Part shown: positions 27,180-39,257 of the stretch, one piece after another
How positions within the stretch are numbered: the first letter of the stretch is position 1
Layout: every line of letters begins with the position of its first letter
Assembly: GCA_028023455.1 (NCBI GenBank)
Contig: JAQFVV010000006.1
Coordinates: forward strand, 1,488,001-1,552,000
Source of the DNA: Epiperipatus broadwayi
Taxonomy: Eukaryota; Animalia; Onychophora
Direction: 5' to 3'
DNA length: 64,000 bases
Made by a program: the position numbers and the translations under genes
Notes under the pieces: generated by a model
Databases searched by the model: none
Seen by the model: only the letters and a program-made list of their open reading frames with translations
Told to the model about the DNA's origin: nothing

Positions 27180-27600
27180 CAACCATCCACCTTATCATGT
27201 TTTGTATGGGATCATATCAAGTATGCCCCCCCATAATATATTAGCTTTCACTGGATTTTCAAAATATTGCAATTTCTGATTTTGTATATCATCTTCCAGA
27301 TAATAAGACTTAATATGTTGGATAATCCATTTATGGTAGATGGCTGTCTCTTTATATGAAGAGTTTTTCATGCTATAGGGCTTAGTACATCTCCATGCCA
27401 TAGCTATGTCATAAGGTTTGAATCCATAATGGATGAAATAGAGAATTTATTTTCATTTTTAAGTGGATAAAGATCTTTAAGAATGCTATGGATAGAAAGG
27501 AAAGCAAATAAAGGAACATAGATCTAATCTTTTGTTTGCAGCATGAATGATTAATATGCCACAAACTTATTGTAATGTGTGGGAAAGTTGATTATAAAAG
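27180..27600 (-). mobile_element. Possible degraded L1/Tx1-like LINE C-terminus
   Basis: NILSLIIWKMIYKIRN resembles the KxxIW/YKxRN motif; many stops. Confidence 0.3.
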
Positions 27601-28521
27601 AAGAGGCAATCAACAGTGAGTTGAATGGACATCATCATTACAATTGTGAATATGTCACGGACCCTCCCCCCGACAGATAGGTATTTCATCAATCCAGTTT
27701 TAAGAAATGTCTTTAGTTTATCTAGGAGTTAACATTAAATTAATGGTATCTGATAACAAAGTATTTAGGTTTGGAAAAATTGATGATGAAAGAATGAGAG
27801 GACGACCAGCATTGAGATGGATAGACTTCACTCTAAGAAACTAAAACAGTAATAGGTCAGGCTGAAAAAATGCCTTTAATTTCATTAGAAGTCAGCATTG
27901 AATTAATAGTACATAATAGGAGGAATTGTAAAAGTTTATAATTGACTGAGATATTGGGCATAAGTGATATCAGGGCATATAATTATGACTTATCTTTTTA
28001 TAAAAATTAATCGGCACTTGTATTCACTTGATTCCATATATAGCAGAAGTACAGTATGAAATAAATGTGTATAACTAAGAACAGATGGAAAGTGTTTATT
28101 AGATATGTTAGAATAATAGTAGATGAAAAGATGTCGTGGAAACATCCTGTTAGCGTTTTAATTAAGAAATTTAAATATTTTATATCAATATTTTACAAAA
28201 TTAATAATGTTTTATTTTTGAATGTTCTTGTTACTACGTATAAATTTTTGTGTGCCTTCATGGCTTAGCACAGTGGTAATATTCAATTGTGAAACTAAAG
28301 ATACTTGGATCACTTCCAGACATGCAAACTTCTTATGAACTATGAACTTCCAAGTGATAAAGCCATTCGGTTATTTGTTTTTAAACTTTGTGTGAAGTTT
28401 TATTAAGAAGTCAAGCCAGCTATTTTAATATTAAAAGACTAACCTTATTACAAAAAAGAATAGCTAATTTAATAGATGAAAATTATTTGTAAGAAAATAA
28501 TATTTTATCTATCTATTTCTT

Positions 28522-28644
28522 ATAAATTTTATTAAACGCTCACTATTATTTCAGTAATAGTTTTAACAAGGCTGACAGAGGTCCCTAGTGACGATTTTTT
28601 CAGACGCTCATTGCTAAGGTTTACAGCCTTGTTAAAACTATTAC
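28522..28644 (-). mobile_element. Internally deleted copy of the hairpin element at 56466-56700, 12-bp TSD
   Basis: TSD tatctatttctt at 28510-28521 and 28645-28656; both termini shared with 56466-56700. Confidence 0.85.
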
Positions 28645-28667
28645 TATCTATTTCTTGAAATATAATT

Positions 28668-30225
28668 TGTAACGGGTGTACTCGTTTACCGTATACTTAT
28701 TTGTTCTTATCATAAAAAAAAATATCTATTTTCCCTTTTTCCTTATAAGCAAAAAAAATAGTGATAAGAAATTTCGTATTTCTCTCACAGCATATTTATG
28801 GACGTCAATCATTGACTCCAAGCGCCAAACTTACTTTTACATAAGTATTATGCTGGAAGAGAAATATACGATAGTAATAGGGCCTCTCCACTAGCTCAGT
28901 ACTCAGGGCGGGTGGCCAATAAACCGTAGGAAAATGTATGGGGGAACTCTATGCAACCAACAGCGAAACTCGGATCAATTGTTAAATTCCTAAACTATAT
29001 TCTATGAGTCAAATAATAAAACATACACATGTAATATAAGCCTTAAAATAACGCACCTTTTATTATAATATTTTTTTTTTTATTTTAAGAAAATATATTG
29101 CCCATACCCTTTTAACGTTTACATAACCCAATAAAACCTACATATATATTTTGTGTGGATTTACAACAGAACAAGAAAACGAACGTATACACAGATAAAA
29201 ATCTAATCAGTTGTATTTGAATGGCCTTATCATAAAAAATATATATAAGTTCTTGCCTTCGTTCGTTCTCCTCGAGGGTTTCAGAAAACGTGGTAAATTT
29301 TGGAAATAAAATATCTTAAGTTCATATTACCTGCAATTTTTGTCCGATGTGATCCCCGGGGATATCAAAATAAGAAGAAAAACACATGAAATCCGAAGCA
29401 AACGTACGAAACAGTTCATCACACTTCAGTTCATTCCGAGTCGGATCGATTCCCTTGCGAAAAGTTGATAGATCTCCTGTAGATGTTCTCCGGTCACTGC
29501 CGCATGGACTCTTCGGGGTAAGGTCCAGAAAACCCAGCACGCTTAAGCTTTTACCCCACCGTACTCATGTTCGGCCGTAGCCTTAGTTACTCTTCTTAAA
29601 ATATATATATAAAAAAAAATTGAATATATTTTTTTTTCTTTCCTCTTTGAAAACCAAAATAAAACTGACACTAGTTTAAAAAAAAAACTACGTCTCCACT
29701 CTCCCTGTCACTTTTTCCTTTCTTTTGTTTTCGCAAACACAGTTCGTCCCCTTTCTGTCCCACCACGTGGTATAGATGGCCAGTTAAGCTAATAAGCAAA
29801 AAGAACTTTTCGCACCTTCGGACATTTTGGCAATTAACATTCCGGAAACCTTTTTCTCCAACCTTCTTTTTTATTTTCATTCAAATTCCCCAGATAAGAC
29901 CTTCGATGTTTAATATATCTCTTTTTTCATTTTTTTTCTTACAATAATCTCTTATCTTGGATCCAAAAATGTATTCATACGTTCGTTTCTAAAATTGTCT
30001 ATCCACACCGCAAATACATACATATACCACTTTTACAAAAATAAAACGCAAATTCCACCCCCACTCCCTCTTTTCTTACTTTAATAAAATTTTAAACATT
30101 TTCTCCCACTACAAAATAAATACTAAAACGAAATAAAAATCAAATTATATGAAACTAATTTTAAACTATATAACATATGTGTGCCTTTCTACCTTGTAAC
30201 TAGGGTTTAAACCCGACTGTTTACA
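28668..30225 (-). repeat. 3' LTR (1558 bp)
   Basis: tgtaacggg...ctgtttaca; near-identical to 32423-33979. Confidence 0.95.
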
Positions 30226-30228
30226 ATA

Positions 30229-30238
30229 CCCTCCTCCC
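30229..30238 (-). other. Polypurine tract GGGAGGAGGG
   Basis: Three nucleotides from the 3' LTR on the minus strand. Confidence 0.85.
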
Positions 30239-31053
30239 GGAAGCCTTTAAATACGGTCTACGTATTTGAACGGCTCATTCCTAACTTATCAAATAAAACG
30301 ATGCATTTTTAAATATTTTCCCTTTATAACTTTCTGCCCTGCGGCTCTAGAACAAAAGAAATAAACGACCATCAATCCCAACGATATGCCATAAGTTCAA
30401 CCACCAACTCACCCGCATGTGATATGCAACGCACCGCATACAATCAATTCCACACAGACTTATTTGGTTATGTGACCGGAAACACAAAAAAAAAAACCTA
30501 AAAAAAAAATTTCCCTTTTTTTTTCTTTCTACGTGTCAGGACTTTCTAACCGCACTCTGCTACTTCAGAGTCTTATGAGCGTGGGTAACTAGAACAAAAT
30601 CCGACTTTTAAGTAGGGGTCGTCCAAGACCGTGCTCGCATTTGGAGTTTTGTGGGTGGGATGGTATGTGAGTGCCGTGCTCTCTTTGGAGACTTATTGGC
30701 TTAAGTTTAAATAGGTCGGTCAACCATGTCGGGAACAACATTTATATACAGGACGCGACACACCACATGCCCAATCCAAGCAACCAACCCCACCATCCAC
30801 CGTCAGACTCGATAGACCGCTCCCATCTCAAATCTCCCTAGCCACCTTTATCTAACTCTCTAGCCTACAAAACAATGAAGGAGAAAAAAATTCGACACAT
30901 ATATATAACTTCAAATGTGGCCTTATATAACGGCCCCTATACTTAATAATATCATTGTTAAATATTAAACCCATACCCTAATAAAAATAATTTAAACAAA
31001 CACACAAAAAAAAACTTTCAGCCTATGTCCAATTATGTGTATATATCTTAACT

Positions 31054-32106
31054 CTATCGGCTATCCTTTTTCCCGGATGAACTCGAAATCTTTCCCTGTC
31101 CATAATTCGGCTTGCGTGGCGGTCGTGGCTCTTCATGTTCATACTGCCATTCCGGTCTAGTATTACCATCCCCTCGTTCGGGATCCTGCAAGTTCCAATC
31201 CGACCCTCCTTCTTCCGTCCCAAATTTCACAACTCGAGTATCGTGAGTTTCTTTTCCTCGCTCTATCGGTAAATTATAATCATAGGTGCTCATATCAATC
31301 GCATTAAGTAGCTCAGCTACCTCCTCCATGGACGCTTTCCTTATGCCTAACATCATTTGTTCCACCTTCATCGGCATGTTATGCCTCACGATCCGAATGA
31401 TGTGGTTTTCCTTTAAATTGCATGCGTCTAACGTTCGCAGCTTTGCCACTTGTCGATGGAAAAATTGTGAAAAACTTTCTTGCTCTCCTTCCCTATATTT
31501 CTCCTGCATAATCCGATATCTAGCCAACTCTTGACGATCCTCTGACCAAAAACTATCTCTCATCTCTCGTTGATATTCTTCAAATGTCGTAGGTTGTTGA
31601 AACAACGAATTCCACCATGATAGCGCGTTTCCAGTTAGGTTGCTGCAAGCAATAGCGATTTTGCTTTCCTCAGCCATCGGGTTAACGCTAAAATATCTTC
31701 CCAGACTTTGTAAGTGTTCCACGGGAGCTTCTCCCATTCGGCCGGCAAATGGCCGAACCTTTAAAAATTGGTTTACATGGGCCTGTGCTGGTACGTACTT
31801 CGTCACGGCTTCCCTTTCTTCTGCTATTTTTGTCTTTTCGCCCTCAACCTGTTTCTCATCTACTTTCTTTCCCTTAGACTTCTCGTCTTTATCTATACTT
31901 CCTTCCTTCTTTGACTCTCCTTCGTTCTCTTCTCCTTGATTAACTCCTTTTATTCTTTCCATTTGCTGCTCTAATTTTCGTAGCCTTTCCTCAAATCGAT
32001 CTTCGAATTTTTGAAATCTTTGTTCCAATCTTTCCAGAATGACCTCCAAAATCTTCGATTCTTCCTTCTTTTCTTGGTCCATTTTCTTTTGGAGTCTTGT
32101 TTTCAT
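31054..32106 (-). CDS. gag: Ty3/gypsy Gag, 350 aa: coiled-coil N-terminus plus retrotransposon capsid domain
   Basis: Open ORF between the LTRs; capsid-like PVEHLQSLGRYF...KIAIACSNLTGNALSWW...TFEEYQREMRDSFW...QESFSQFFHR; no CCHC knuckle seen. Confidence 0.9.
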   Translation of the reverse strand: MKTRLQKKMDQEKKEESKILEVILERLEQRFQKFEDRFEERLRKLEQQMERIKGVNQGEENEGESKKEGSIDKDEKSKGKKVDEKQVEGEKTKIAEEREAVTKYVPAQAHVNQFLKVRPFAGRMGEAPVEHLQSLGRYFSVNPMAEESKIAIACSNLTGNALSWWNSLFQQPTTFEEYQREMRDSFWSEDRQELARYRIMQEKYREGEQESFSQFFHRQVAKLRTLDACNLKENHIIRIVRHNMPMKVEQMMLGIRKASMEEVAELLNAIDMSTYDYNLPIERGKETHDTRVVKFGTEEGGSDWNLQDPERGDGNTRPEWQYEHEEPRPPRKPNYGQGKISSSSGKKDSR

Positions 32107-32409
32107 TCACACTATATTTTACTAAATATATTTTGATATCTTAAAAAAAAATCGTAGTAAATTGTTTTGACTGCTTCCAAATCACAACGTGGTAGGTTTT
32201 CTCTTCCCCCCCCCAAAGCGCCATGCTACGTGTCTAATTTCTTTATCAACCACTCGGAAAACTATTTTCTGTCTTTCAATAAAACTATTTTAATCGAAGC
32301 AAACTTCACGTCTCTCTAATATTTCTATTTTACTTCCCCTCCTTTCCCTTATCGAATTTTTAATCTTTCTGCTCGGGCCCCCATACATTCCATTCTTCAT
32401 AAAGCCTTA

Positions 32410-32421
32410 GTTGGGACGCCA
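32410..32421 (-). other. Primer-binding site TGGCGTCCCAAC (tRNA-Lys-like, one extra base)
   Basis: One nucleotide inside the 5' LTR; differs from the Lys(CUU) PBS TGGCGCCCAAC by one insertion, so the tRNA assignment is tentative. Confidence 0.7.
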
Positions 32422-32422
32422 T

Positions 32423-33979
32423 TGTAACGGGTGTACTCGTTTACCGTATACTTATTTGTTCTTATCATAAAAAAAAATATCTATTTTCCCTTTTTCCTTA
32501 TAAGCAAAAAAAATAGTGATAAGAAATTTCGTATTTCTCTCACAGCATATTTATGGACGTCAATCATTGACTCCAAGCGCCAAACTTACTTTTACATAAG
32601 TATTATGCTGGAAGAGAAATATACGATAGTAATAGGGCCTCTCCACTAGCTCAGTACTCAGGGCGGGTGGCCAATAAACCGTAGGAAAATGTACGGGGGA
32701 ACTCTATGCAACCAACAGCGAAACTCGGATCAATTGTTAAATTCCTAAACTATATTCTATGAGTCAAATAATAAAACATACACATGTAATATAAGCCTTA
32801 AAATAACGCACCTTTTATTATAATATTTTTTTTTTATTTTAAGAAAATATATTGCCCATACCCTTTTAACGTTTACATAACCCAATAAAACCTACATATA
32901 TATTTTGTGTGGATTTACAACAGAACAAGAAAACGAACGTATACACAGATAAAAATCTAATCAGTTGTATTTGAATGGCCTTATCATAAAAAATATATAT
33001 AAGTTCTTGCCTTCGTTCGTTCTCCTCGAGGGTTTCAGAAAACGTGGTAAATTTTGGAAATAAAATATCTTAAGTTCATATTACCTGCAATTTTTGTCCG
33101 ATGTGATCCCCGGGGATATCAAAATAAGAAGAAAAACACATGAAATCCGAAGCAAACGTACGAAACAGTTCATCACACTTCAGTTCATTCCGAGTCGGAT
33201 CGATTCCCTTGCGAAAAGTTGATAGATCTCCTGTAGATGTTCTCCGGTCACTGCCGCATGGACTCTTCGGGGTAAGGTCCAGAAAACCCAGCACACTTAA
33301 GCTTTTACCCCACCGTACTCATGTTCGGCCGTAGCCTTAGTTACTCTTCTTAAAATATATATAAAAAAAAATTGAATATATTTTTTTTTTCTTTCCTCTT
33401 TGAAAACCAAAATAAAACTGACACTAGTTTAAAAAAAAAACTACGTCTCCACTCTCCCTGTCACTTTTTCCTTTCTTTTGTTTTCGCAAACACAGTTCGT
33501 CCCCTTTCTGTCCCACCACGTGGTATAGATGGCCAGTTAAGCTAATAAGCAAAAAGAACTTTTCGCACCTTCGGACATTTTGGCAATTAACATTCCGGAA
33601 ACCTTTTTCTCCAACCTTCTTTTTTTTTTTTCATTCAAATTCCCCAGATAAGACCTTCGATGTTTAATATATCTCTTTTTTCATTTTTTTTCTTACAATA
33701 ATCTCTTATCTTGGATCCAAAAATGTATTCATACGTTCGTTTCTAAAATTGTCTATCCACACCGCAAATACATACATATATCACTTTTACAAAAATAAAA
33801 CGCAAATTCCACCCCCACTCCCTCTTTTCTTACTTTAATAAAATTTTAAACATTTTCTCCCACTACAAAATAAATACTAAAACGAAATAAAAATCAAATT
33901 ATACGAAACTAATTTTAAACTATATAACATATGTGTGCCTTTCTACCTTGTAACTAGGGTTTAAACCCGACTGTTTACA
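32423..33979 (-). repeat. 5' LTR (1557 bp)
   Basis: By eye about five substitutions plus homopolymer-length differences relative to the 3' LTR. Confidence 0.95.
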
Positions 33980-34248
33980 AATTAGAGAAAAATGCGAAAT
34001 CTTAGATTATGGAAAGCTAGATTGAGAAACCACTATGTTCCTAAATTATTTAACACTTTACCCATTGAATTAAAAAAACTTAAAATATAGAAAAACTAAA
34101 AAGCATATTAAAAATAAATGAAAAACTGTAATTTAAAATATATAATATGTAATAAACAGTGAGGATTGCCAATTCCTCTACAAGCTTTATGATAAATGCT
34201 TAGCCAGAGCCAGCACTTAAAATATCTCTGTCAGGAACCCCTCCCCAA

Positions 34249-34291
34249 ACCCCTGACCATGGTTTCGTGCTTTGGCACTCCTCAGAGAGGT
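34249..34291 (-). ncRNA. Canonical minimal type-I hammerhead ribozyme motif (family D)
   Basis: ACCUCU CUGAGGA GUGC-CAAA-GCAC GAAA CCAUGG UC AGGGGU: all core nucleotides, G10.1-C11.1 pair, 6-bp stem I, palindromic stem III ACCAUGGU, GUC triplet. Confidence 0.92.
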
Positions 34292-34325
34292 GTCAGAGTA
34301 GGTTCAGACACTAGATCTACCCTGA

Positions 34326-34366
34326 CACCTCTGAGGAGTGCCAAAGCATGAAACCATGGTCAGGGG
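34326..34366 (+). ncRNA. Hammerhead motif (family D, inverted twin)
   Basis: CACCU CUGAGGA GUGC-CAAA-GCAU GAAA CCAUGG UC AGGGG; G-U closes stem II and stem I is shorter. Confidence 0.8.
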
Positions 34367-34632
34367 TTTGGGGAGGGGTTCCTGACAGAGATATTTTAAG
34401 TGCTGGCTCTGGCTAAGCATTTATCATAAAGCTTGTAGAAGAATTGGCAATCCTCACTGTTTATAACTTACAAGCTTAAGAGATAGGGTCATGTGATCTA
34501 TAAATTGTTCTTTGACTCTTATTTTGACTATATAATATGTAATGTTTATGAAATAGTATATATAAGCGATTTAACCCGCTGAAGAAGAAGCTGTCAGTAG
34601 TAACCAAAAACAATTAAATCAAATTAATCTGC

Positions 34633-34669
34633 GCCTAGTACTTTCGAGGTTTTCCCTCATATTCATGGC
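34633..34669 (-). pseudogene. Degenerate hammerhead motif from a separate family
   Basis: GCC AUGAAUA U GAGG-GAAAA-CCUC GAAA GUAC UA GGC: stems intact, palindromic AGUACU, two core substitutions (C3A, G8U). Confidence 0.6.
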
Positions 34670-35884
34670 CAAAATAGGTTATAAACCATTGCTGTAATGT
34701 TACTAAATAATAATGTTTATGAAAATATAATTTGATGTAGTCAGTATTTTATATTATGTATAACTAGTATATTACTGTCATATAGTTGTTCTTTTATTAG
34801 CTTATATTGTATAACTCTTAAAGTCAAAGGAAGTATAATTATTTAAATTATTCATGACAATCTTCCTTATGTAAAAACACAGCTAGTTCTTAGTAGAAGA
34901 ATGAAATTTTGGGTATATATATTTTAACATTTTTAAAAAATTAATTATTATTATTTATTTATACAAACACATATATTTTACTTGTATAAACAATTTATAG
35001 TAATTGAAAAAAATGTTCATTTTATTATTACACCATATATGTTAAAAGTCATTTTTCATCACTAGATGTCATCGTTGTTTTCTTTCTATTTTAATTTTTA
35101 GCAACATAAAATTTATTGATTATTTCGTTATACTTCTTAAATATTTTATCAAAAGCACCTCTAAAAGATAAGCAAAAAAAAAAAAGAGTTTGTCTAGAGA
35201 TTGATTCTATTGATGTCACATAAATATTGACTAATTTCTATTTAAAAAAGCTATTGTACAGTAGACAAAGTGTAATATGAACATTTAATATATTTTGAGA
35301 AATAAATATTTAATAATTTTTTAAATTCATTTACAATCTAATTCAAAGGTTGGTGTTTATATGCACAGTTGTTATTAATCTCTTTTATGATTGGTTACTT
35401 TTTGATAACTCTTGAAATTGTCTCTGCCATCTATGGATTAAAATTATAACAACTAAAATTTGAAATCTTTTTAAAGTTTCAAAAATAATTTATCACATGT
35501 GACTTAATTCATTTTTTCCTCTTAAAAATGCAATGGAAAAATGACATTTGTGCTGTCCAATAGAAATGACATATCTCATTCTCTGTGATCTCAAGAAATT
35601 TATAGCATACCATTAGTAATTTTACAAAAAAAAAGCATAATCAAAGGAAATTTTTTATTGATCGGAAAAAAAAAGTTAAACGAAATATCAGTATGATGAT
35701 TTAGCAACAATTAAGCTACTAATATTGTTGGAATTAAAGCATGATACGGAAGTCCCATATCCAAACATTTGATTTGAAATTTCTAAGGGATAATTTAAAT
35801 CCATGGATTGTAACAAGCATTTATAATATATATATATATATATATTTAACATACATCAATTACATGTATAAAGTTAAACTAAAG

Positions 35885-36024
35885 ATTATAAATATAGGGA
35901 ATTGAACACAGACTTTTAAGCACCCTTCAACTATTCACACTATCTCATACCACTGATATGAGATAGTGTGGATAGTTGAGAAGGGTTCTTGAAAGTCTGT
36001 GTTCAAATCTCCTATATTTACAAT
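35885..36024. repeat. Imperfect ~140-bp hairpin related to the family A 3' end
   Basis: ataggga.ttgaacacagactt...tatctcata is inverted as tatgagata...gaaagtctgtgttcaaatctcctata. Confidence 0.8.
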
Positions 36025-36819
36025 TAAGTTCCAGGTATATGACAACTGCATGTATTTCAAATATTAAAGATTATAATAAATTAACCATAGCCTATTAATG
36101 TTAAATCCTCTAGATAAATAGTTGGTTTGTAAAGCATTTAGAATATATATCTATTCCTATCACTGCATAAGAAAATATTTTAATAACATGAAACAAATCA
36201 GCCAATCAAATTTCCAGTAATATTTATTCACAAACCATAACATCACAGTAGAATAACCAACCAATCAGCTCTCCCAAGACAATTACTTTGTGACTCAGCA
36301 TTGTCCACCAGTTATGCAATGATTCTATTCCAATTTAATGGTCAAAGCATATTTCAAATAAACATCCAACCCAAGTCTACATCCAACCCAAGTCTATTTC
36401 TACGTTCACAGATAGTTTAGCAAACTTAAATATTTGAAATAGGCTATTTCCAATAAACATCTGGTATCTGTTAGAACTGAAAACTAAAATAGAAAAATAT
36501 TAATTATTGATTGATTTTATGAAGGAAGAAGAAAGAAACAGTGAGAAAATGTAATATATATTTTCCAGTTAGAAACGGATGTAGTATTTTTCAAAAAATG
36601 AAGGGTATTGTTTTTTTTTAAATATTGATTATTTCTAGTGATTAGTTTTCTGTTTTGTATCTTGGTTTGCCGTCTGTACAATGAGCAGTTGTTAGCAAGT
36701 TATTCTTTTGAGTTTGTTTTTATCAGAAGGCCACTATCTCTTCGCATACCATTTTTGTATTCTCCACCTGTGCTATCTATGTTCCCGTTTAATAGCTTTG
36801 TTTGCCAATTATGCAGTGA

Positions 36820-37060
36820 GTATAGATGCTAGCCTCCGATTTGGGATCAGGAGGTCCCAGAATCAATTCTGGTGCTCACACTTTTTACGAACTCCCAAAC
36901 AATAAAACCATTAGCATATTTTTTTATTCTGCGCAGTTTGGCATAGTTAGTAACATGTCCAACTTGGGATCGGGAGGTCCCAGGATAGATTCTGGTTTTC
37001 AAACCTCTTATGAGCTCTTGAACAATAAAGCCGTTAGCATATTTTTTATTTTAATTTTAT
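36820..37060 (+). repeat. tRNA-derived (Pro-like) SINE fragments, 123-bp tandem; other copies ~24259-24325(-) and ~48021-48081(-)
   Basis: Shared tggca.agt..gtag..catccaa.ttgggatcgg.aggtcccagg..cgattctgg with A-box and B-box-like motifs. Confidence 0.6.
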
Positions 37061-38348
37061 TTTTCTATTTAACTTTCCAATGACTTACATATTACGTGTA
37101 TTTAACACTTCATTTTTACACGTTAATATGTCTGTTGCTTTATTATTCTTCTAAATTTTGACTTTCCAGCAGTCTTTTTCATGGTATAAATGACAGTATA
37201 TTGCTTTAATGTTTGTATAATATTACAATTTTGTAACATAGTTTTTAAAAATATGTATATTTAATTTTTGAATCATAAACGTATAAAGTACATGTGCTTG
37301 CATAAGTATATACACTATTCGTGGACATATAAATACCCTCACGCACATATATATAGCTAGTAGTTTGTCCTTCTGCCAGTATCTTAATAAACGATATTAA
37401 ATCTTTATGAGCTATCTATCGCACTTTGAAAACTTCTAAATATTACTTATTAATCTCAGCATGATGCACTGATATTGTGACGGGAATGGGTTGAAGATTG
37501 AAATATGCATGCAAAGAATGGGCAATAGTTTTTTTTATCGATAGCATTTAGACCTGTAGAAAGATTGAACGTGATGCAAGAAAATTTAATACCACTTCTA
37601 TTACGTAATTATTTATATACAAATAAAAACACTACTACATATACATACTAATTTTAATTTTTTACCGTCACTGCATTAAACTATAAACGGAAATACTTTA
37701 AAATAGGCATAAAGAAATTTGAAGGGATACAGCTCCAGCCATTTTTTTACTAAGGCATCTGTACGACATAAAAAAATTGGTAAATCCTTCCATTATAGCA
37801 TTAATATCAGTCATGTGACTTACATTTGATAGATGATTGGCATTTCTGTAAGGCAGCTGGAGAAGGAAGTTATTCCTGAAATGCATATATCCTGCATAGT
37901 GATTGGGTAATTTTTTTATATAGCATGTGTAAAGACCGTTATAGATTATAAATTAGAGTTGGTGTTGTTTCAAATTTGTTTAAAACTAAAACGTAGCAAG
38001 GGTAAAAAGACATTTAATGGAGCCAAAATATTTGCTATATTTTGTTGCATGCCCCCTCCCCCTACATACGTTATATATAGCAGCTCATTTTGTTGATGGT
38101 GTTTGTTTATTGAATTGCGAGCATATAGTATTTTTCAACATGCTTATGTGTTTTGTATACACACACACATATATATATATATATCATTAAAACCATACAA
38201 AACTTAATATATATATATATATTAAGATTGTAGTAAGAAAAATAATGTAATTATTAATAATAAGTTGGGGGAACATATTTACAAATATGTATAATGTGTG
38301 TTCACTTATTCAATTTCACACAGAAAGTAAAAGTAATAATGAAGAGAA

Positions 38349-38430
38349 GTCAAGCATTGGTGGTCGAGAGGTCAGCACAGCTGCCTTACAAGCAGTTGTT
38401 CCTGGCCGATGCTATGACACATGAAAAAAA
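38349..38430 (+). pseudogene. Second tRNA-Gly-derived retrocopy (T arm partly deleted), 15-bp TSD
   Basis: gtcaagcattggtggtcgagaggtcagcacagctgccttacaagcagttg...atgacacatgaaaaaaa; TSD taataatgaagagaa at 38334-38348 and 38431-38445. Confidence 0.85.
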
Positions 38431-39257
38431 TAATAATGAAGAGAACTTACTGTAACATATCTTAATCTTTTTTAAATAAAATAAGTTGTGAAATGACCGA
38501 TTTTTATCATAATTAAACACACTCTGGATGATATCTTTTCTTTCATCAGTAATTTTTGTTATCTCTGTGGAAATCTGATAGTCTTATTATCAGAAGATGA
38601 CATGGTCTTTCTAATTATTTTGATGTTTTTAAGTTTGTATTGACTTTAGAATCTATGCAATTATCTGTAAGTCTTTTTACCCATTTTAGAATATCAGCTT
38701 AATTTCTTCAAAATTTAAGGTTTCTGTTGTACACTTTACATTTTCTTTTTTTTTTGACGCTGCTAAATCGATTACTTTCATTTATTGCTTAAGAAAGATA
38801 TTTTACGAAATTTCTTAGATTAATGAAAAATTTTTAATTTTCAAAACATTCCCTTAAATGTAATAACTTTGTCATGTAAAACTTCGTAAATATAAAAACA
38901 ATGAAGAATAAAATGCATGTGCTTTTATTGAAACCCTAAGAAACATTATTAATAATTACGATCACTTACGGTGTTTTAAGATTGAAAATTGGCATCTGCC
39001 ATATTGTAAAATTTACTAAATTTACGAATTTTCATTCTTTTATTTTTTGTTTGCTTATATTTTTTAATTTTTTTTTATTTATTCTTAGCATATTTATTAA
39101 TTTATTACTAATATTAATATTTATTTAAAAAAAGTTTGAGATATTTCTATATGTGTCTCTATATTTACAGTAAAAATTTAATGTAAACTCAGTGTAAAAT
39201 TGTGGTCCTGTGTTAATATGTTCAGTAAAGTTGTGATGTTATGAATAAATGTTAGAC

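Larger units (their letters stand above)
28668..33979 (-). mobile_element. Non-autonomous gag-only Ty3/gypsy-type LTR retrotransposon, recent insertion
   Basis: Two TG...CA LTRs of ~1557 bp, 4-bp TSD AATT (28664-28667, 33980-33983), PBS and PPT in minus orientation, one Gag ORF, no pol in the 2.2-kb interior. Confidence 0.95.
34154..34528. mobile_element. Family D fold-back retro-insertion carrying two hammerheads, 15-bp TSD
   Basis: Arms 34152-34296 / 34322-34464 nearly perfect; tail 34465-34528; TSD tatataatatgtaat at 34139-34153 and 34529-34543. Confidence 0.9.

Noticed and set aside
28668-30225. Hammerhead inside the LTRs, as in plant LTR retrozymes
   Set aside because: No CUGANGA...GAAA arrangement found on either strand; the motif at ~30540-30570 lacks A9 and stem pairing.
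28676-33334. Paired 64-72 aa ORFs inside the LTRs
   Set aside because: Duplicated only because the LTRs are; low-complexity, with no domain.
37698-37886. Minus-strand ORF with a possible ~65-nt GT-AG intron (37823-37759) and a peptide ALVKKWLELYPFKF
   Set aside because: No recognisable protein family, several alternative frames, and no neighbouring exons.
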